From NCBI GenBank assembly GCA_963758525.1, contig CAVWVQ010000003.1:3872001-3936000 (forward strand): a stretch of DNA of 64,000 nt, read 5' to 3'. The notes below the pieces were generated by a model. It worked only from the letters and a program-made list of their open reading frames with translations, was not told where the DNA came from and ran no database searches. Below, in pieces: positions 1-10,402 of this stretch. Source of the stretch: an uncultured Phycisphaerales bacterium. GTDB taxonomy: Bacteria; Planctomycetota; Phycisphaerae; Tepidisphaerales; Tepidisphaeraceae. Every line of letters begins with the position of its first letter. Position 1 is the first letter of the stretch. Both the position numbers and the translations under genes were made by a program.

Positions 1-1123
1 TCATCTCCTCTTCTTGTTTGACAGGTTGTTGCTTAGCAGATTGTTGCTTGAGCCGGGCCTTGTTGGCCGCCCGCTCGTGTCCGGTGGGCTCCTGGCCCTG
101 GTAGGCCGTCCCGTCGCGGACCATGGCAAAGAGGACACGCAGCAGGCGTCTTCCCATCGCGACGTTCGCCTTGGGCTTGACCATGTGTCCGATCAGCCGC
201 TGGCGGATCGCCTCCTGCTTCGCGTCGGAGCGGCAGAGGGTGACCGCGGCCTTGCACAACGCCCAGCGCAGCGTGGCGCTGCCCGCCTTGGTGATGTGAC
301 CCGACTGGGTCCGGCCGGCCGACTCCTGGTTGTCGGGAGTCAATCCCGCCCAGAACTCGAGGGTGTCGGCGTTGGGAAAACGGGAGAACTCGCCGATCTC
401 CGCGGCGATGATGCACGCCCAGATCTCGTCGATTCCCGGCACGCTCTTGAGAATCGCAATCAGGGAGGCGAATCGCCGGTCGCGGTTGGCAAAAATGATT
501 TTCCTGCGCAGGCAGTCCCGCTGTCGCTCGATCAGGCAGACCAGGTCCAGGAAGTTGCCGAAGGCTTCGCGCTGCACGTCCTTGAGCAGATCGCCATTGG
601 CCAGCAGCCATTTCTGGGCGCCGACGCCGTCCAGCTTGGGACCGCCAATGTTGGCGGCCAGGAGCATCGACCGCATGGCGTGCTTGGCGCGGGTGAGGGT
701 GCGGGACAAATGCCGCCAGTGCCGGCCGAGCTTGCGGAGCTGCATCACTGCTTCGGGGGCGATCCATCCCAGCGGGCACTCCCCGCGGGAGAGGCGCTGG
801 GCGATGTCGGCCGCGTCCTTGCGATCGGTCTTGCGCCGCTTACCCCGGAGGTTGGACAACTGCGTCGCGTCGGCGATCTCGATCTTGTCCACGCAGGAGC
901 GGAAGCGGTCGATGAACCACTCGACAAAGCCGACGGCTTCCACTGCCAGGCGGCTGGGACGCGGCAACGCCAGCATCCATTTTTCGATGCGGTCAACGCA
1001 CTTGGTGTCACAGGTCAGCGCGGCGATCTGCGTCCCCGAAGCATCGACAGCACACAGCGAGACGGTACACTTATGCAAATCCACGCCGACGAACGCGGCG
1101 TACGAAACAGGCACATCAGACAT
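1..1123 (-). mobile_element. IS110-family transposase (RuvC-like DEDD recombinase), 3' end runs off the window
   Basis: Manual minus-strand translation from ATG at 1123: MSDVPVSYAAFVGVDLHK...AVEAVG...KRRKTDRKDAADIA...LKSVPGID...AEIGEFSRF...WAGLTPDNQESAG...GHITKAGSATLRWAL. These are the GxDxHK, KTDxxDA and GLxPxxxxSG motifs of IS110. GGAG-like RBS upstream. Absent from the ORF track because there is no stop inside the window. Confidence 0.93.
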
Positions 1124-1198
1124 AACAAACTCCGTGTTAGGGACCAAGGGAACTTAGAACACTCCCGGAAGCGTAACGGCTTCCGCAGGCCCCTTCAC

Positions 1199-2211
1199 GG
1201 TTTTACGTTGGTGGAGCTTCTGGTGGTGATTGGCATCATCGCGGTGCTGATCGCGCTGCTCCTGCCGGCGCTGGCAGGCGCGAGTTCGAGGCGCGCCGGG
1301 TGGCCTGCATGAGCAACATGCGGCAGCTCGGCCAGTCGATGATCATGTACGCGAACGACAATAAGGGGTCGTTTCCGCGCGGGGTCTATTACCCGGATCT
1401 TTTCTACAGAAGCTCACCACCCTTGCCCGACACTTGGGCAGGGCTGCGCGGCTTCTCTGATCCGATTGCCAACAGTCCATTTGCCAATGCGACCAATCTC
1501 CTTGCCGATGACGTGCTCCCGCCCTGGCAGGTTGCCAAGCGCCCCGGCGACAATGACGTAACGGGCTGCCTTTTTCTCCTGCTTCGGACGTATCAGCTTC
1601 CCTCGGCCCTTTTTGTCTGTCCCGGACGCTACGACATGTATCCCGACGACTTCAGCAATACCTTCGGCGTCGCGGGGGCATCGACGGATCCGCAGCATCG
1701 ATCTAACTTCAGCTCCGTATACAATCTCAGTTACAGCATCTCCCTCCCATTCCCTCCTTCCTCCGCCTGGCGGCTGGGGTATCGCTGGGGTATTGCGGCA
1801 AATCCCGGTTTTGCCATCCTGGCCGACCTCAACCCGGGTGAAAAATACTCCGACTGCTGCTGCGTATCGCACAGCGGTTTGTATCTCAGCAACGGGCCGT
1901 CCACACCCACCGACGGCCCGCAACTTCAGAGGATGGCCAACAGCAGAAACCATAACAAAAAAGGCCAGAACGTTTTGTTCGCCGACGGACACTGCGAGTG
2001 GGCGCCCACCGCGTTCGCGGGCTACAACCAGGACAACATTTACACAACGTGCCTCGCCTCGGGTACCACTGGCCTGGCCAATCAATGGACAACCGCCGCC
2101 CAGACGCCCAATCCATGGGCTCTGGCGAACCCGAATGACAGCATGATGCAACCGAACGAAGGCGATATGTTCGATCCCACGAATACCAATGGCGGCCTGG
2201 GGATCAACTGA
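1199..2211 (+). CDS. Prepilin-type N-terminal cleavage/methylation protein with H-X9-DG C-terminal motif (DUF1559-like); native leader missing; frameshift near 1285
   Basis: [25 protein letters not shown] (end of ORF 14..1312) continues after a 1-nt shift into ACMSNMRQLGQSMIMYANDNKG...HNKKGQNVLFADGH (ORF 1300..2211). Confidence 0.85.
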
Positions 2212-2719
2212 ATTCAGGGCGGACCATGCAAATGAGAGAATTGATCAACCGCCACCGCGGCATGACGTCGGGGCGCTGGTGATCGCGGTTGCACTGGCCC
2301 TGGGTCTTTCGTTGCGCAGCTCACTCGGTCCGGAGCGCGGGGCCCGCATCACACAGGCGTTTTATTCCGACGATGATGGCAAGAGCTATTTCGCCGAAGC
2401 GCTCGCAAAGCCCAGCCCATTCGACCATGGGGGCAAACTCGCATACCGCGCATATGTCTACCGCTGCAGCGATTCGAGCATTACATTTGTTGGCTACCTC
2501 GCCCGGCAGGCTCCCGATGAAAAGCCGCAGGGTGCGATGGGCAGCACCGCAGATGCTGTTAAAGCCGGCGCCGCACAAGGCAAATCCGCCGGTCTCACGG
2601 AAGTGAAGAAGCCCGGCGATTCCAAGTGGGTGGCGATCAATGGTGCCGACGGAACCACCATTATCAACGTAACCTGTTCCGACGGCGAACGGCCCCTGGC
2701 CGTCGTGCCCGGCAGCTAA
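2189..2719 (+). CDS. Hypothetical membrane-anchored protein; start uncertain
   Basis: Hydrophobic N-terminal segment, then AFYSDDDGKSYF...PFDHGGK.AYRAYVYRC; lies directly after the prepilin gene. Confidence 0.6.
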   Translation: MAAWGSTEFRADHANERIDQPPPRHDVGALVIAVALALGLSLRSSLGPERGARITQAFYSDDDGKSYFAEALAKPSPFDHGGKLAYRAYVYRCSDSSITFVGYLARQAPDEKPQGAMGSTADAVKAGAAQGKSAGLTEVKKPGDSKWVAINGADGTTIINVTCSDGERPLAVVPGS

Positions 2720-2806
2720 CCACTCCTCCGTTTCAGTCGAGCTATTCAATGTTGCCCAACCCGGCGAGATTTACACGATCGCCGTCGCGGCAACAATGGA
2801 GCATGT

Positions 2807-3202
2807 CTGCTGTTCCCCTTCGGGCACGGGCTTAGCTACACGACATTCGACTACGGTGATCTGAAACTCTCCGCGACGGAAGTAAAGGCGGCAGGCAAAA
2901 TCACGCTCTCCATCGAGGTGACCAACACGGGCTCCCGCGCCGGTGACGAGGTCGTGCAGTTCTACGGCCACCAGCGTCAATGCAGCGTGAAACAGCCGAA
3001 TCAGAAGCTGATCGCATTCGCGCGGGTTCACCTCGAAGCGGGCGGGAAGAAGACGGTGACGCAGGACGTGCCGGCGGATCGGATGTCGATTTACGAGGTC
3101 AAGCCGCACAAGTTTGTCGTCGAGCCGGGCAGGTTCGACGTGATGGTTGGAAGCTCCGCGAAGGACATTCGTAGGCGCGGTCAGTATGAAGTGTCTGATT
3201 GA
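2807..3202 (+). pseudogene. C-terminal fragment (Fn3-like domain) of a GH3 beta-glucosidase
   Basis: LFPFGHGLSYTTFDY...VTNTGSRAGDEVVQFY...KLIAFARVHL...VGSSAKDIR. No catalytic N-terminal domain upstream. Confidence 0.8.
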
Positions 3203-3270
3203 GTCCTAGATGAATCACTGTTCGACATTCACTTTGACTTTTCAAAAAAAACTTCGCATATTGTGAAGCT

Positions 3271-3588
3271 GTGAACGTCATCAGCCGAAAGAAGCTCAAG
3301 GAGTTCTACGAGGCAAAACCGGAACGAAAGAAGCACGCCGGCGCATTTGACGACTGGTTCAAGATCGCTCGCAAGGGTCGCTGGCAGAATTACCAGGACA
3401 CGAAAGCAACCTTCGGCCAAACGGACGTTGTCACTGGCGACACGGGTCGAACCGCCACAATTTTCGACATTGGCGGGAACAAATACCGCGTCGTCGCCCA
3501 CGTCGATTACACACGGCAGACCGTGAAGATCGAAGCGGTGATGGATCACAAGGAATATGACCAGGGTTCGTGGACGAAGCTTTTTTGA
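3271..3588 (+). CDS. higB: HigB-family toxin (mRNA interferase)
   Basis: MNVISRKKLKEF...IFDIGGNKYRVVAHVDY...HKEYD; toxin gene lies upstream of an HTH antitoxin. Confidence 0.88.
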   Translation: MNVISRKKLKEFYEAKPERKKHAGAFDDWFKIARKGRWQNYQDTKATFGQTDVVTGDTGRTATIFDIGGNKYRVVAHVDYTRQTVKIEAVMDHKEYDQGSWTKLF

Positions 3589-3598
3589 GGAGTTGAAG

Positions 3599-4018
3599 AT
3601 GCCCAGGACAAAATTCCGCAAGACTGCACGGATCGGCGACACCTACATGGGACTGGTCCGGCGTTTCCCGTTGAAGACGATCAAAAATGATGACGGGCAT
3701 GAGGAAGCAACGAACATGATTTCGGAGCTGATGGGCCGCGATCTCGACGCTGGGGCCGGGGACTACCTTGATGCATTGCTCGTGCTGGTGAACAAGTACG
3801 AGGATGAGCACCATGCCATCGACGCAACGATGACGCCGCAGCAGGCGCTTCGGTCGTTGATGGAGTCGAATACTCTGAGTCAAGCGGACATCGGCCGGAT
3901 CATCGGCAGCGAATCGGCGGTCTCGATGTTCTTGAAAGGTGATCGCGATCTGTCGAAGCCTCAGATCAAGAAACTCGCGGACCGGTTCAAGGTAGATGCC
4001 TCACTCTTCATCGGGTAA
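3599..4018 (+). CDS. higA: HigA-family antitoxin (HTH)
   Basis: LLVLVNKYEDEH...LMESNTLSQADIGRIIGSESAVSMFLKGDRDLSKPQIKKLADRFKV. Confidence 0.88.
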   Translation: MPRTKFRKTARIGDTYMGLVRRFPLKTIKNDDGHEEATNMISELMGRDLDAGAGDYLDALLVLVNKYEDEHHAIDATMTPQQALRSLMESNTLSQADIGRIIGSESAVSMFLKGDRDLSKPQIKKLADRFKVDASLFIG

Positions 4019-4450
4019 CTCGACTTCAAGCATCCCAGGTTTCCGACGCCTGAACCCCGGCGACAGATTCGCTCGGATCCGCTGGCGCGACCATAGCGAG
4101 CCCTTGTAGGCTCGGTTTACGGTCGACCATGCGCCGAATGGGGCATACGTGTTCAGGTCGTGGTGGGGAATGGCTGTGGCGTGCAGGCGCTGGACACCTG
4201 GGTAAAAAATAATGTCTAATTTCGTGTCTCGCCGGCAATTTGATGGCGGGCCGTGGGTCTGCATTGTCATCGGTCTGGAACCGGAGATGATGTTAAGTTG
4301 AGTGGGCGTCCATGTTTGGATGCCGGCGGCGCGAAGCTGGAGGCAGACGCATTGGGAGTGGATTGCGAGGCGGCGCAAAGCTTCCAATCAGCGCCAAACG
4401 GCGCTACGAGCCTTGGCGAAGTTGCCGGCGCGTTGAGGGTTTGAGATCCC

Positions 4451-4975
4451 ATGGCTGATTCAGAGCGCGTTGAAGAATTCATCCGGATCCTGGCGACGCA
4501 CGAGGCGCGGCTGCGGTGTTACGTACTGAGCCTGGTGTCGCAATGGGCGGATGCCGACGAAGTGATGCAGGATGTGAACGTGGTTCTGTGGCAGAAGTTT
4601 GAATTGTTCCAGCCGGACACGAATTTTTTCGCCTGGGCGTGCCAGATCGCGCGGTTCAAGGTGCGGGATTACCGCCGGAAGAAGAGTCGGGAGCGGGTGG
4701 TGTTCAGCGATGAGCTGGTGGACCTGCTGGCGGAAGAAGCGGTGGTGGTGGCGGAACGCGTGAACGATTGCCAGGCGGCGCTGGATGGCTGCCTGGGAAA
4801 GCTGAAGCCGGATCAGCGGAACCTGATTCATCTTCGCTACAACGAGGATGAGTCGATAGACGACATCGCTCAATCGGTGGGTCGAACCGTCGAAGCGGTT
4901 TATAAATCCCTTGGCCGAACGCGGCAGGTATTGCACGACTGCATCAAACGAAAGCTCCAGGCGGCCAGCGCATGA
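4451..4975 (+). CDS. ECF RNA polymerase sigma factor (sigma-70 family)
   Basis: DADEVMQDVNVVLWQKF...FFAWACQIARF (region 2) and C-terminal HTH (region 4). Confidence 0.9.
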   Translation: MADSERVEEFIRILATHEARLRCYVLSLVSQWADADEVMQDVNVVLWQKFELFQPDTNFFAWACQIARFKVRDYRRKKSRERVVFSDELVDLLAEEAVVVAERVNDCQAALDGCLGKLKPDQRNLIHLRYNEDESIDDIAQSVGRTVEAVYKSLGRTRQVLHDCIKRKLQAASA

Positions 4976-6647
4976 ACACCTCTGATGAAACATTCGACGA
5001 GCTGCGCGAAGCGCGCGAGCTGATCCACGCGCTGTGTGACGATCACCTGCCGCCGGCCGGTCACGCGCGTCTGGAGGCGTTGATGCTGGAAAGCGCCGAG
5101 GCGCGGACGCTGTATCTGGAAATTCTCCGGCTGCATGCGGCGCTGCACCAGCGCACGGCTCGATTGCAACCCAGCCGCGGCTCGATGAAGCAGACATTGC
5201 CGAAGCCGGCGGGATGAACGATGTGATGATTCTGCCCGCCCTTGGACCCGGCGAACGCGAGACGATCATTCCCTACATCCGCCGGGAGAGTGTCGCGGCA
5301 GCGGAACCGACGCCCGTTTCCGCTGAAGAGTCGCGTCCGCAGGCTGTTGCGCAGGCGCGACGGCCGATGTTCCTGAGGCGTGCGGGGCTCACGTGGCTGG
5401 CTGTCGCGGCGACGATTGTCGTCGCGACGTCGGTGCTGATTGTGCAGATGACTTCCCAGACGCCGGCGGGGGCCACGGTCGCCGGTTCGGCGGACGCGCT
5501 GTTCGATTCGGGCAATCTCGATGCTTCGCGCGGCGCCAGCGTGGCAACGGGAAAGCGCTTCAGCCTCGCGGGCGGTTGCCTGGAACTGAGGTTTGGCGGC
5601 GGCGCGGACGTTGTCATCCAGGGGCCGGCGACATTCTCCGTGACTTCTTCCGTTGCCATGGCTTTGACCAGCGGGCGTCTGAGAGCCACTGCGTCGGGCG
5701 CGGCGCACGGATTTGTCGTCGACACGCCGGGTACACGGGTGACCGATCTGGGGACCGAATTTGGCGTCAACGTCACGTCAGCGGGAGCGACCGAGGTGCA
5801 TGTGTTCCAGGGTCAGGTCTCGGTGACGGAGAATCGGCGCGCCGATGCATCATCACCGCCGCCGCAGAGCCCCACGATTCTTTCGGCGGGACAGGCTGCT
5901 GTGGTCGCGAACGGATCGGTGGCGGTTTCGCCTGGCGGCGCTACGCCCCAGGCATTCGTCGGCAGCTTATCGACGGCTCCCTCGATTGATGTCGTTGATC
6001 TGATCTGCGGGGGCAATGGAACGATGCATCTTCGCAGCGGCGCGATCGATCAGCGAACCGGCGATTCGGGATTGCTCGATCCCGTGATGGGCGCGAGCCG
6101 CGAGAGCCCAAAATACCATCGTGTGCCGAGGCTGCCGGTGATCGACGGGTGCTTTATCCCCCGAGGGCACACGACTGTTGATTCCTCCGGGCACGTGTTC
6201 GATTTCGGAAAAACATCGGGCAGCAGCTTCTACCAGATTCGTGCCGGCGGCACGTTCCCCTGGCCGCGCCAGGTGAGAAGTTCGCCGGCGTCCTGTGGGG
6301 CGTTGATTACACGCAGTCGGGAAACGGCTTTGTCCTGATGCATCCCAATAGCGGAATCACCTTCGATCTGGCGCGGTCCGCCACTTGCACCCGGGGGTGA
6401 GAGTTTCTGCACTCCGTTCGGTTGTCGGCAATGCCTATACGGGTCTTCTGGCGGTCGGCCCGACGCGCGTGCTTGTTCTGGTTGATGGCGTGGCCCGGTT
6501 CGACCAACGAGGCGCTGCGCCCAAGAGAGACCACTCGATATCGACGTGCCGCTGGGTGACTCAGACCACTTTCTAACAATCGCGACAACAGATGGCGGGG
6601 TAGTCGCCCGCGATTGGATGATCCTGGGGAATCCACGTATCGAGTGA
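4972..6647 (+). CDS. FecR-like anti-sigma factor with C-terminal periplasmic domain (several frameshifts)
   Basis: ORFs 4972..5217 and 5214..6338, then shifted remnants ending WMILGNPRIE*. TM helix; FecR motif GFVVDTPGTRVTDLGTEFGVNV...EVHVFQGQV. Overlaps the sigma stop codon. Confidence 0.8.
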
Positions 6648-6648
6648 C

Positions 6649-7710
6649 CTATTTGCCAGCGGAAAGCTCCCGCGCCGGATCCCAGCCGTCGCTGCCGCCA
6701 AGAATGTGCGCGATCGTATACCCCTCGGCCTCTTGTTTGGTCAGTTGCTTTGCCCACTTGGCCCGCGCATCAGGGTTCGCTCCTGGCCCGAAACTGTTGT
6801 ACTCGCAATACCTGGCCGTGCGTTCATTCGATTCCTTCTGCCAGTTGTTCCAGCCCGTCGAACGAATGTGGTCGCCCATCTCGCAATGGATGAACGCGAC
6901 GGCGGCGTAGGGCCGCCAGGGGCGGCCGAGCATCGCCAGTTTGCGGGGAGCTTTCGCGGGCAGGGTCGCGGCAGGGTTTGTCGTCGCGGGGTTCCATGGA
7001 ATTGCATTACCAGTCAGGCGGCATTCAAGAAAAACAAAGCCGAACGGATGGTCCCGCGGCGTGCTCGCGGCGGTTACATAGCCGCCGTTTTTGCTGTGAA
7101 TTTCGCAATGGTCGAAGATGGAGGTTCCCGATCCGTAAATGAAGTCAACACGCCCTTCGATATAGCAGTCTTTAAAGTACTGGCGGCCGTCATTGACCAT
7201 CAGGGTATCCTGCCAACCCAGCATCCGGCAGTTATGAATGATCGCGCGGTCGCCGTCGATGCGCAGCGCCAGCGCCTGTCCGTGATCACCCGAGGTGTTT
7301 TGGAACGTGATTCCGTCGGCTGAAAAGTCATCGGCCAGAATCAGCGTGCCGATTCCCTTGTAGTGGGGTTGCACGTCGGGGGGATTCGGTTCGTTTTGAT
7401 TGAGATTGAACGTCAGAATTGTTGACGCGGCATCATCGCCCTTGAAGCGGATACGCGGCTTGGTTTTGGGGACGACGATCTGGCCCTGATAAGAGCCGGG
7501 TTTTATATGGATGATGGTAGTGTCGCCACTGTTTTCCGGGGCCGCGGCTATCGCGGCTTGAACCGTCGCAAACTCCGTAGAGCCGTCGGCGGCGACGGTG
7601 ATTGCGCGCTCCGCGCTGCGCACGCTTCGGCAGATCAACAGGAGCACAAAACTGCTGACAAGGAAAGTTGCGGAAACTGCCTGGTCTCCCACAATCGCAC
7701 GGCATTTCAT
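6649..7710 (-). CDS. Pectinesterase (CE8)
   Basis: GQALALR, GWQDTL, IEGRVDFIYG, LGRPW motifs; signal peptide. Confidence 0.93.
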   Translation of the reverse strand: MKCRAIVGDQAVSATFLVSSFVLLLICRSVRSAERAITVAADGSTEFATVQAAIAAAPENSGDTTIIHIKPGSYQGQIVVPKTKPRIRFKGDDAASTILTFNLNQNEPNPPDVQPHYKGIGTLILADDFSADGITFQNTSGDHGQALALRIDGDRAIIHNCRMLGWQDTLMVNDGRQYFKDCYIEGRVDFIYGSGTSIFDHCEIHSKNGGYVTAASTPRDHPFGFVFLECRLTGNAIPWNPATTNPAATLPAKAPRKLAMLGRPWRPYAAVAFIHCEMGDHIRSTGWNNWQKESNERTARYCEYNSFGPGANPDARAKWAKQLTKQEAEGYTIAHILGGSDGWDPARELSAGK

Positions 7711-7713
7711 GGT

Positions 7714-9066
7714 TCACTTCACAGTCGTGGGCAGCCCCGTCACGTCGCTGAGCTTTACGATCAACGGCGGCCCCGACAAGACGTCGATGCGTGAATTGAC
7801 GAAGCGAATGCCTCGCGCGTTGACGATTTGCATCCCCTTTTCGGCCGAAACGCTGACATTCGTCATGACCACGTCCGACACCGGCATTTCCGGGAGGCCC
7901 AGGATTCGGCCCGCCATCGGCGAGTTTGCGACAGTGACATTCTCAATCCGGATGTTTCGCCAGACCGGCGTTGTCTGGCCGACCGCGATGATCGGGTCGT
8001 CCTGCGGCAGAGTCGGAATCGAAGGGTAATAGCTGGTGATGAAGATTGGCACCTTCACATGGTCCATCGTAATGTTTTGGTAGGTCACGTCTTCAACGAC
8101 GCCGCCGTAACCGCGGCCTGACTTCATGCGAATGCCCGCCTCCGTTCCCTTGAATGCGCAATCGCGCACGACCATATGGCGAAGCCCGCCGGGGGTCTGG
8201 CCGCCGATGGACATCCCGTGTCCGTGCAGGAACGTGCAGTCGGCAATGGTCATGTTCTCACAGGATGCCCGGCCAGGTTTGATGCTTCCGCTGGGCTTGA
8301 CCGCGATGCAGTCGTCGCCCACGTCGAAGGTGCAACCGGTGATGAGAAAGTTCCATCCCGAAGGATCGAGCCCGTCGGTGTTGGGCGATTTGGCGGGCGC
8401 CTGAAAATGCACGGCCTTGATCAAAACGTCCTGACACAATTGCGGCACCAGGTGAAAACTCGGAGAGTTCTTCAAAGTGACATCCTGCACGAGCACCTTC
8501 GTGCATCGGTTCAGTACGATCATGTACGGGCGGTGGGGGGGCGACGACTGATCCGCGGGCGCGGACTTCGACTTCACATAGTGTGTCCACCAGAATTCGC
8601 CTTGCCCGTCGATCGTCCCGAGGCCGGTGATGGCGACGTCGTGGCAATCGTCCGCAACGATGCAATTTTCAAACCTGTCGTTTTTCAGCCGGTAATCGGA
8701 TGCTGTGTCGCTGAGCAATAGCGTCGCGCCTTCTCCAATTTGGAAGTTGAGATTGCTTGCGAGCTTCAACGGCCCGGTGAGAAACCGGCCCCGTGCCACG
8801 AGAACGGTTCCGCCGCCGGCCGCGGAGCAGGCATCGATCGTCTTCTGAATCGCCGTCGTGTCGCGCGTCTTGCCGTCGCCCACGGCGCCGTAATCGGTCA
8901 CCGGGAATATCTTCTCCGGAATGGCTGGAGCGGAGATGTCCGGCTGGGTGTCCGGCCTCCCGCCAGCCGATGAGCGGCGCGGCACGAGGTTCGTCAGCAG
9001 CAGCGCCGCGATGATCGTGCCGCGCGCGATTCGCAAGCGGTTGTCAGGCGCATGCATATCAGGCAA
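7714..9066 (-). CDS. GH28 polygalacturonase
   Basis: NTDG, GDDCIAVK, GHGMSIG, GIRMKS catalytic motifs. Confidence 0.93.
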   Translation of the reverse strand: MPDMHAPDNRLRIARGTIIAALLLTNLVPRRSSAGGRPDTQPDISAPAIPEKIFPVTDYGAVGDGKTRDTTAIQKTIDACSAAGGGTVLVARGRFLTGPLKLASNLNFQIGEGATLLLSDTASDYRLKNDRFENCIVADDCHDVAITGLGTIDGQGEFWWTHYVKSKSAPADQSSPPHRPYMIVLNRCTKVLVQDVTLKNSPSFHLVPQLCQDVLIKAVHFQAPAKSPNTDGLDPSGWNFLITGCTFDVGDDCIAVKPSGSIKPGRASCENMTIADCTFLHGHGMSIGGQTPGGLRHMVVRDCAFKGTEAGIRMKSGRGYGGVVEDVTYQNITMDHVKVPIFITSYYPSIPTLPQDDPIIAVGQTTPVWRNIRIENVTVANSPMAGRILGLPEMPVSDVVMTNVSVSAEKGMQIVNARGIRFVNSRIDVLSGPPLIVKLSDVTGLPTTVK

Positions 9067-10402
9067 CCTCGCCGTTGACCGCCAATGGATCGAACGTTGG
9101 GGCCAGCAGATGGTGCACGATGAATGCCGTCACGTAAGCGACGGAGCAAACCGCAAAAAGGATGGTATAGCCATTGGCGAATCGATCGAGCACAACGCCG
9201 GTTGCGAGCGGGAAGATAATCCCGCCGATCGAACCGGCCGATGTGCCCAGGGCGATGATCTTGGCCACGGCGCGTTTTGGAAACATATCCGAGACGGTGG
9301 TGTAGAGCGTCGCAGACCAAGCCTGATGCGATGCGCCTGCGAGCCCGATCAGCAGGACGGCAGTCCAGTCGCCGACGCGGGTCGCCAGTGCGATCGGCAG
9401 CACGCAAAGAGCAAACAGCGCCATGCTCATTTTTCGCGCGCGTGTCACGCTCCAGCCCTTGCCGATGAGGTGTCCGCTCAGCCAGCCGCCGAAGATGCTT
9501 AGAACCGTGATGATGGCATAGATGGACACCAGCAGCTTCCAACTGTTCTTGATGTCCAGATGGCGCGTCTTCTTAAAAAAATCGGGGAGCCAGATCAGGA
9601 AGAACCACCAGACCGGATCGGTCATGAACTTGGCGGCGATGAAAGACCAGGTTTGGCGCTGTCGCAGAAGCTGCCGCCACGGAATCTGGTCGCCGACGAC
9701 CTGTTCCGCATCGGACTCGATGTAAAACAATTCCGCCGGCGATACGCGACGTGAACGCTCGGGGTGATCGAACAACGGGAACCAGAAGAGCAGCCAGGTC
9801 AGGCCCGCCAGGCCGGCAAAGATAAACGTCCAGTGCCAGCCCAACGAGTATGCGATAACCGGCACAATGACCGGCGCCAGCACAGCTCCGAAGTTTGCGC
9901 CGGAGTTGAACAAGCTGGTCGCCAACGCTCGCTCACGCTTGGGAAACCACTGGGCCGTGGCCTTGATCGCTGAGGGGAAGTTGCCTCCTTCGCCCAGACC
10001 CAGAGCGATGCGTGCTCCGAAAAAGCCCCCGACGCTGTTGACCAGTGCGTGCCCAAGTGCCGCCAAACTCCACGCACCGATGGAAAGGCCATAACCGAGC
10101 TTGGCGCCGAAGCGGTCCACAAACCAGCCGAAGAAGAGAACGCTCACTCCGTAGGATGCCTGAAACACGGAATTGATCGCGCCGAATTGCGTGTCGGTCC
10201 ACCCCAGCTTGGAGTCGAGGATCGGCTTGAGCAGCGAAAGGATCTGCCGATCCACGTAGTTGATGGTCGTCGCGAAGAAGAGGAGCCCGCAGATGACCCA
10301 GCGGTATCGGGTCAAAGGCGAGACCGGCGCTGTCGCGACCGGTGAGATTTCGGAGGTTTCGGTGTTCATCATTTTTCCTGGAGCAAGTTCATTTGGTCGC
10401 AA
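9059..10402 (-). CDS. exuT: MFS hexuronate transporter (ExuT-like)
   Basis: RWVICGLLFFATTINYVDRQ, EGGNFP...WFPKRERALA, DPVWWFFLIWLP. Confidence 0.85.
   Translation of the reverse strand: MRPNELAPGKMMNTETSEISPVATAPVSPLTRYRWVICGLLFFATTINYVDRQILSLLKPILDSKLGWTDTQFGAINSVFQASYGVSVLFFGWFVDRFGAKLGYGLSIGAWSLAALGHALVNSVGGFFGARIALGLGEGGNFPSAIKATAQWFPKRERALATSLFNSGANFGAVLAPVIVPVIAYSLGWHWTFIFAGLAGLTWLLFWFPLFDHPERSRRVSPAELFYIESDAEQVVGDQIPWRQLLRQRQTWSFIAAKFMTDPVWWFFLIWLPDFFKKTRHLDIKNSWKLLVSIYAIITVLSIFGGWLSGHLIGKGWSVTRARKMSMALFALCVLPIALATRVGDWTAVLLIGLAGASHQAWSATLYTTVSDMFPKRAVAKIIALGTSAGSIGGIIFPLATGVVLDRFANGYTILFAVCSVAYVTAFIVHHLLAPTFDPLAVNGEVA

Noticed and set aside
14..1072. Long plus-strand ORF (432 aa) read as a single fusion protein
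   Set aside because: Most of it is the in-register antisense shadow of the IS110 transposase; only the 3' end is plausibly coding.
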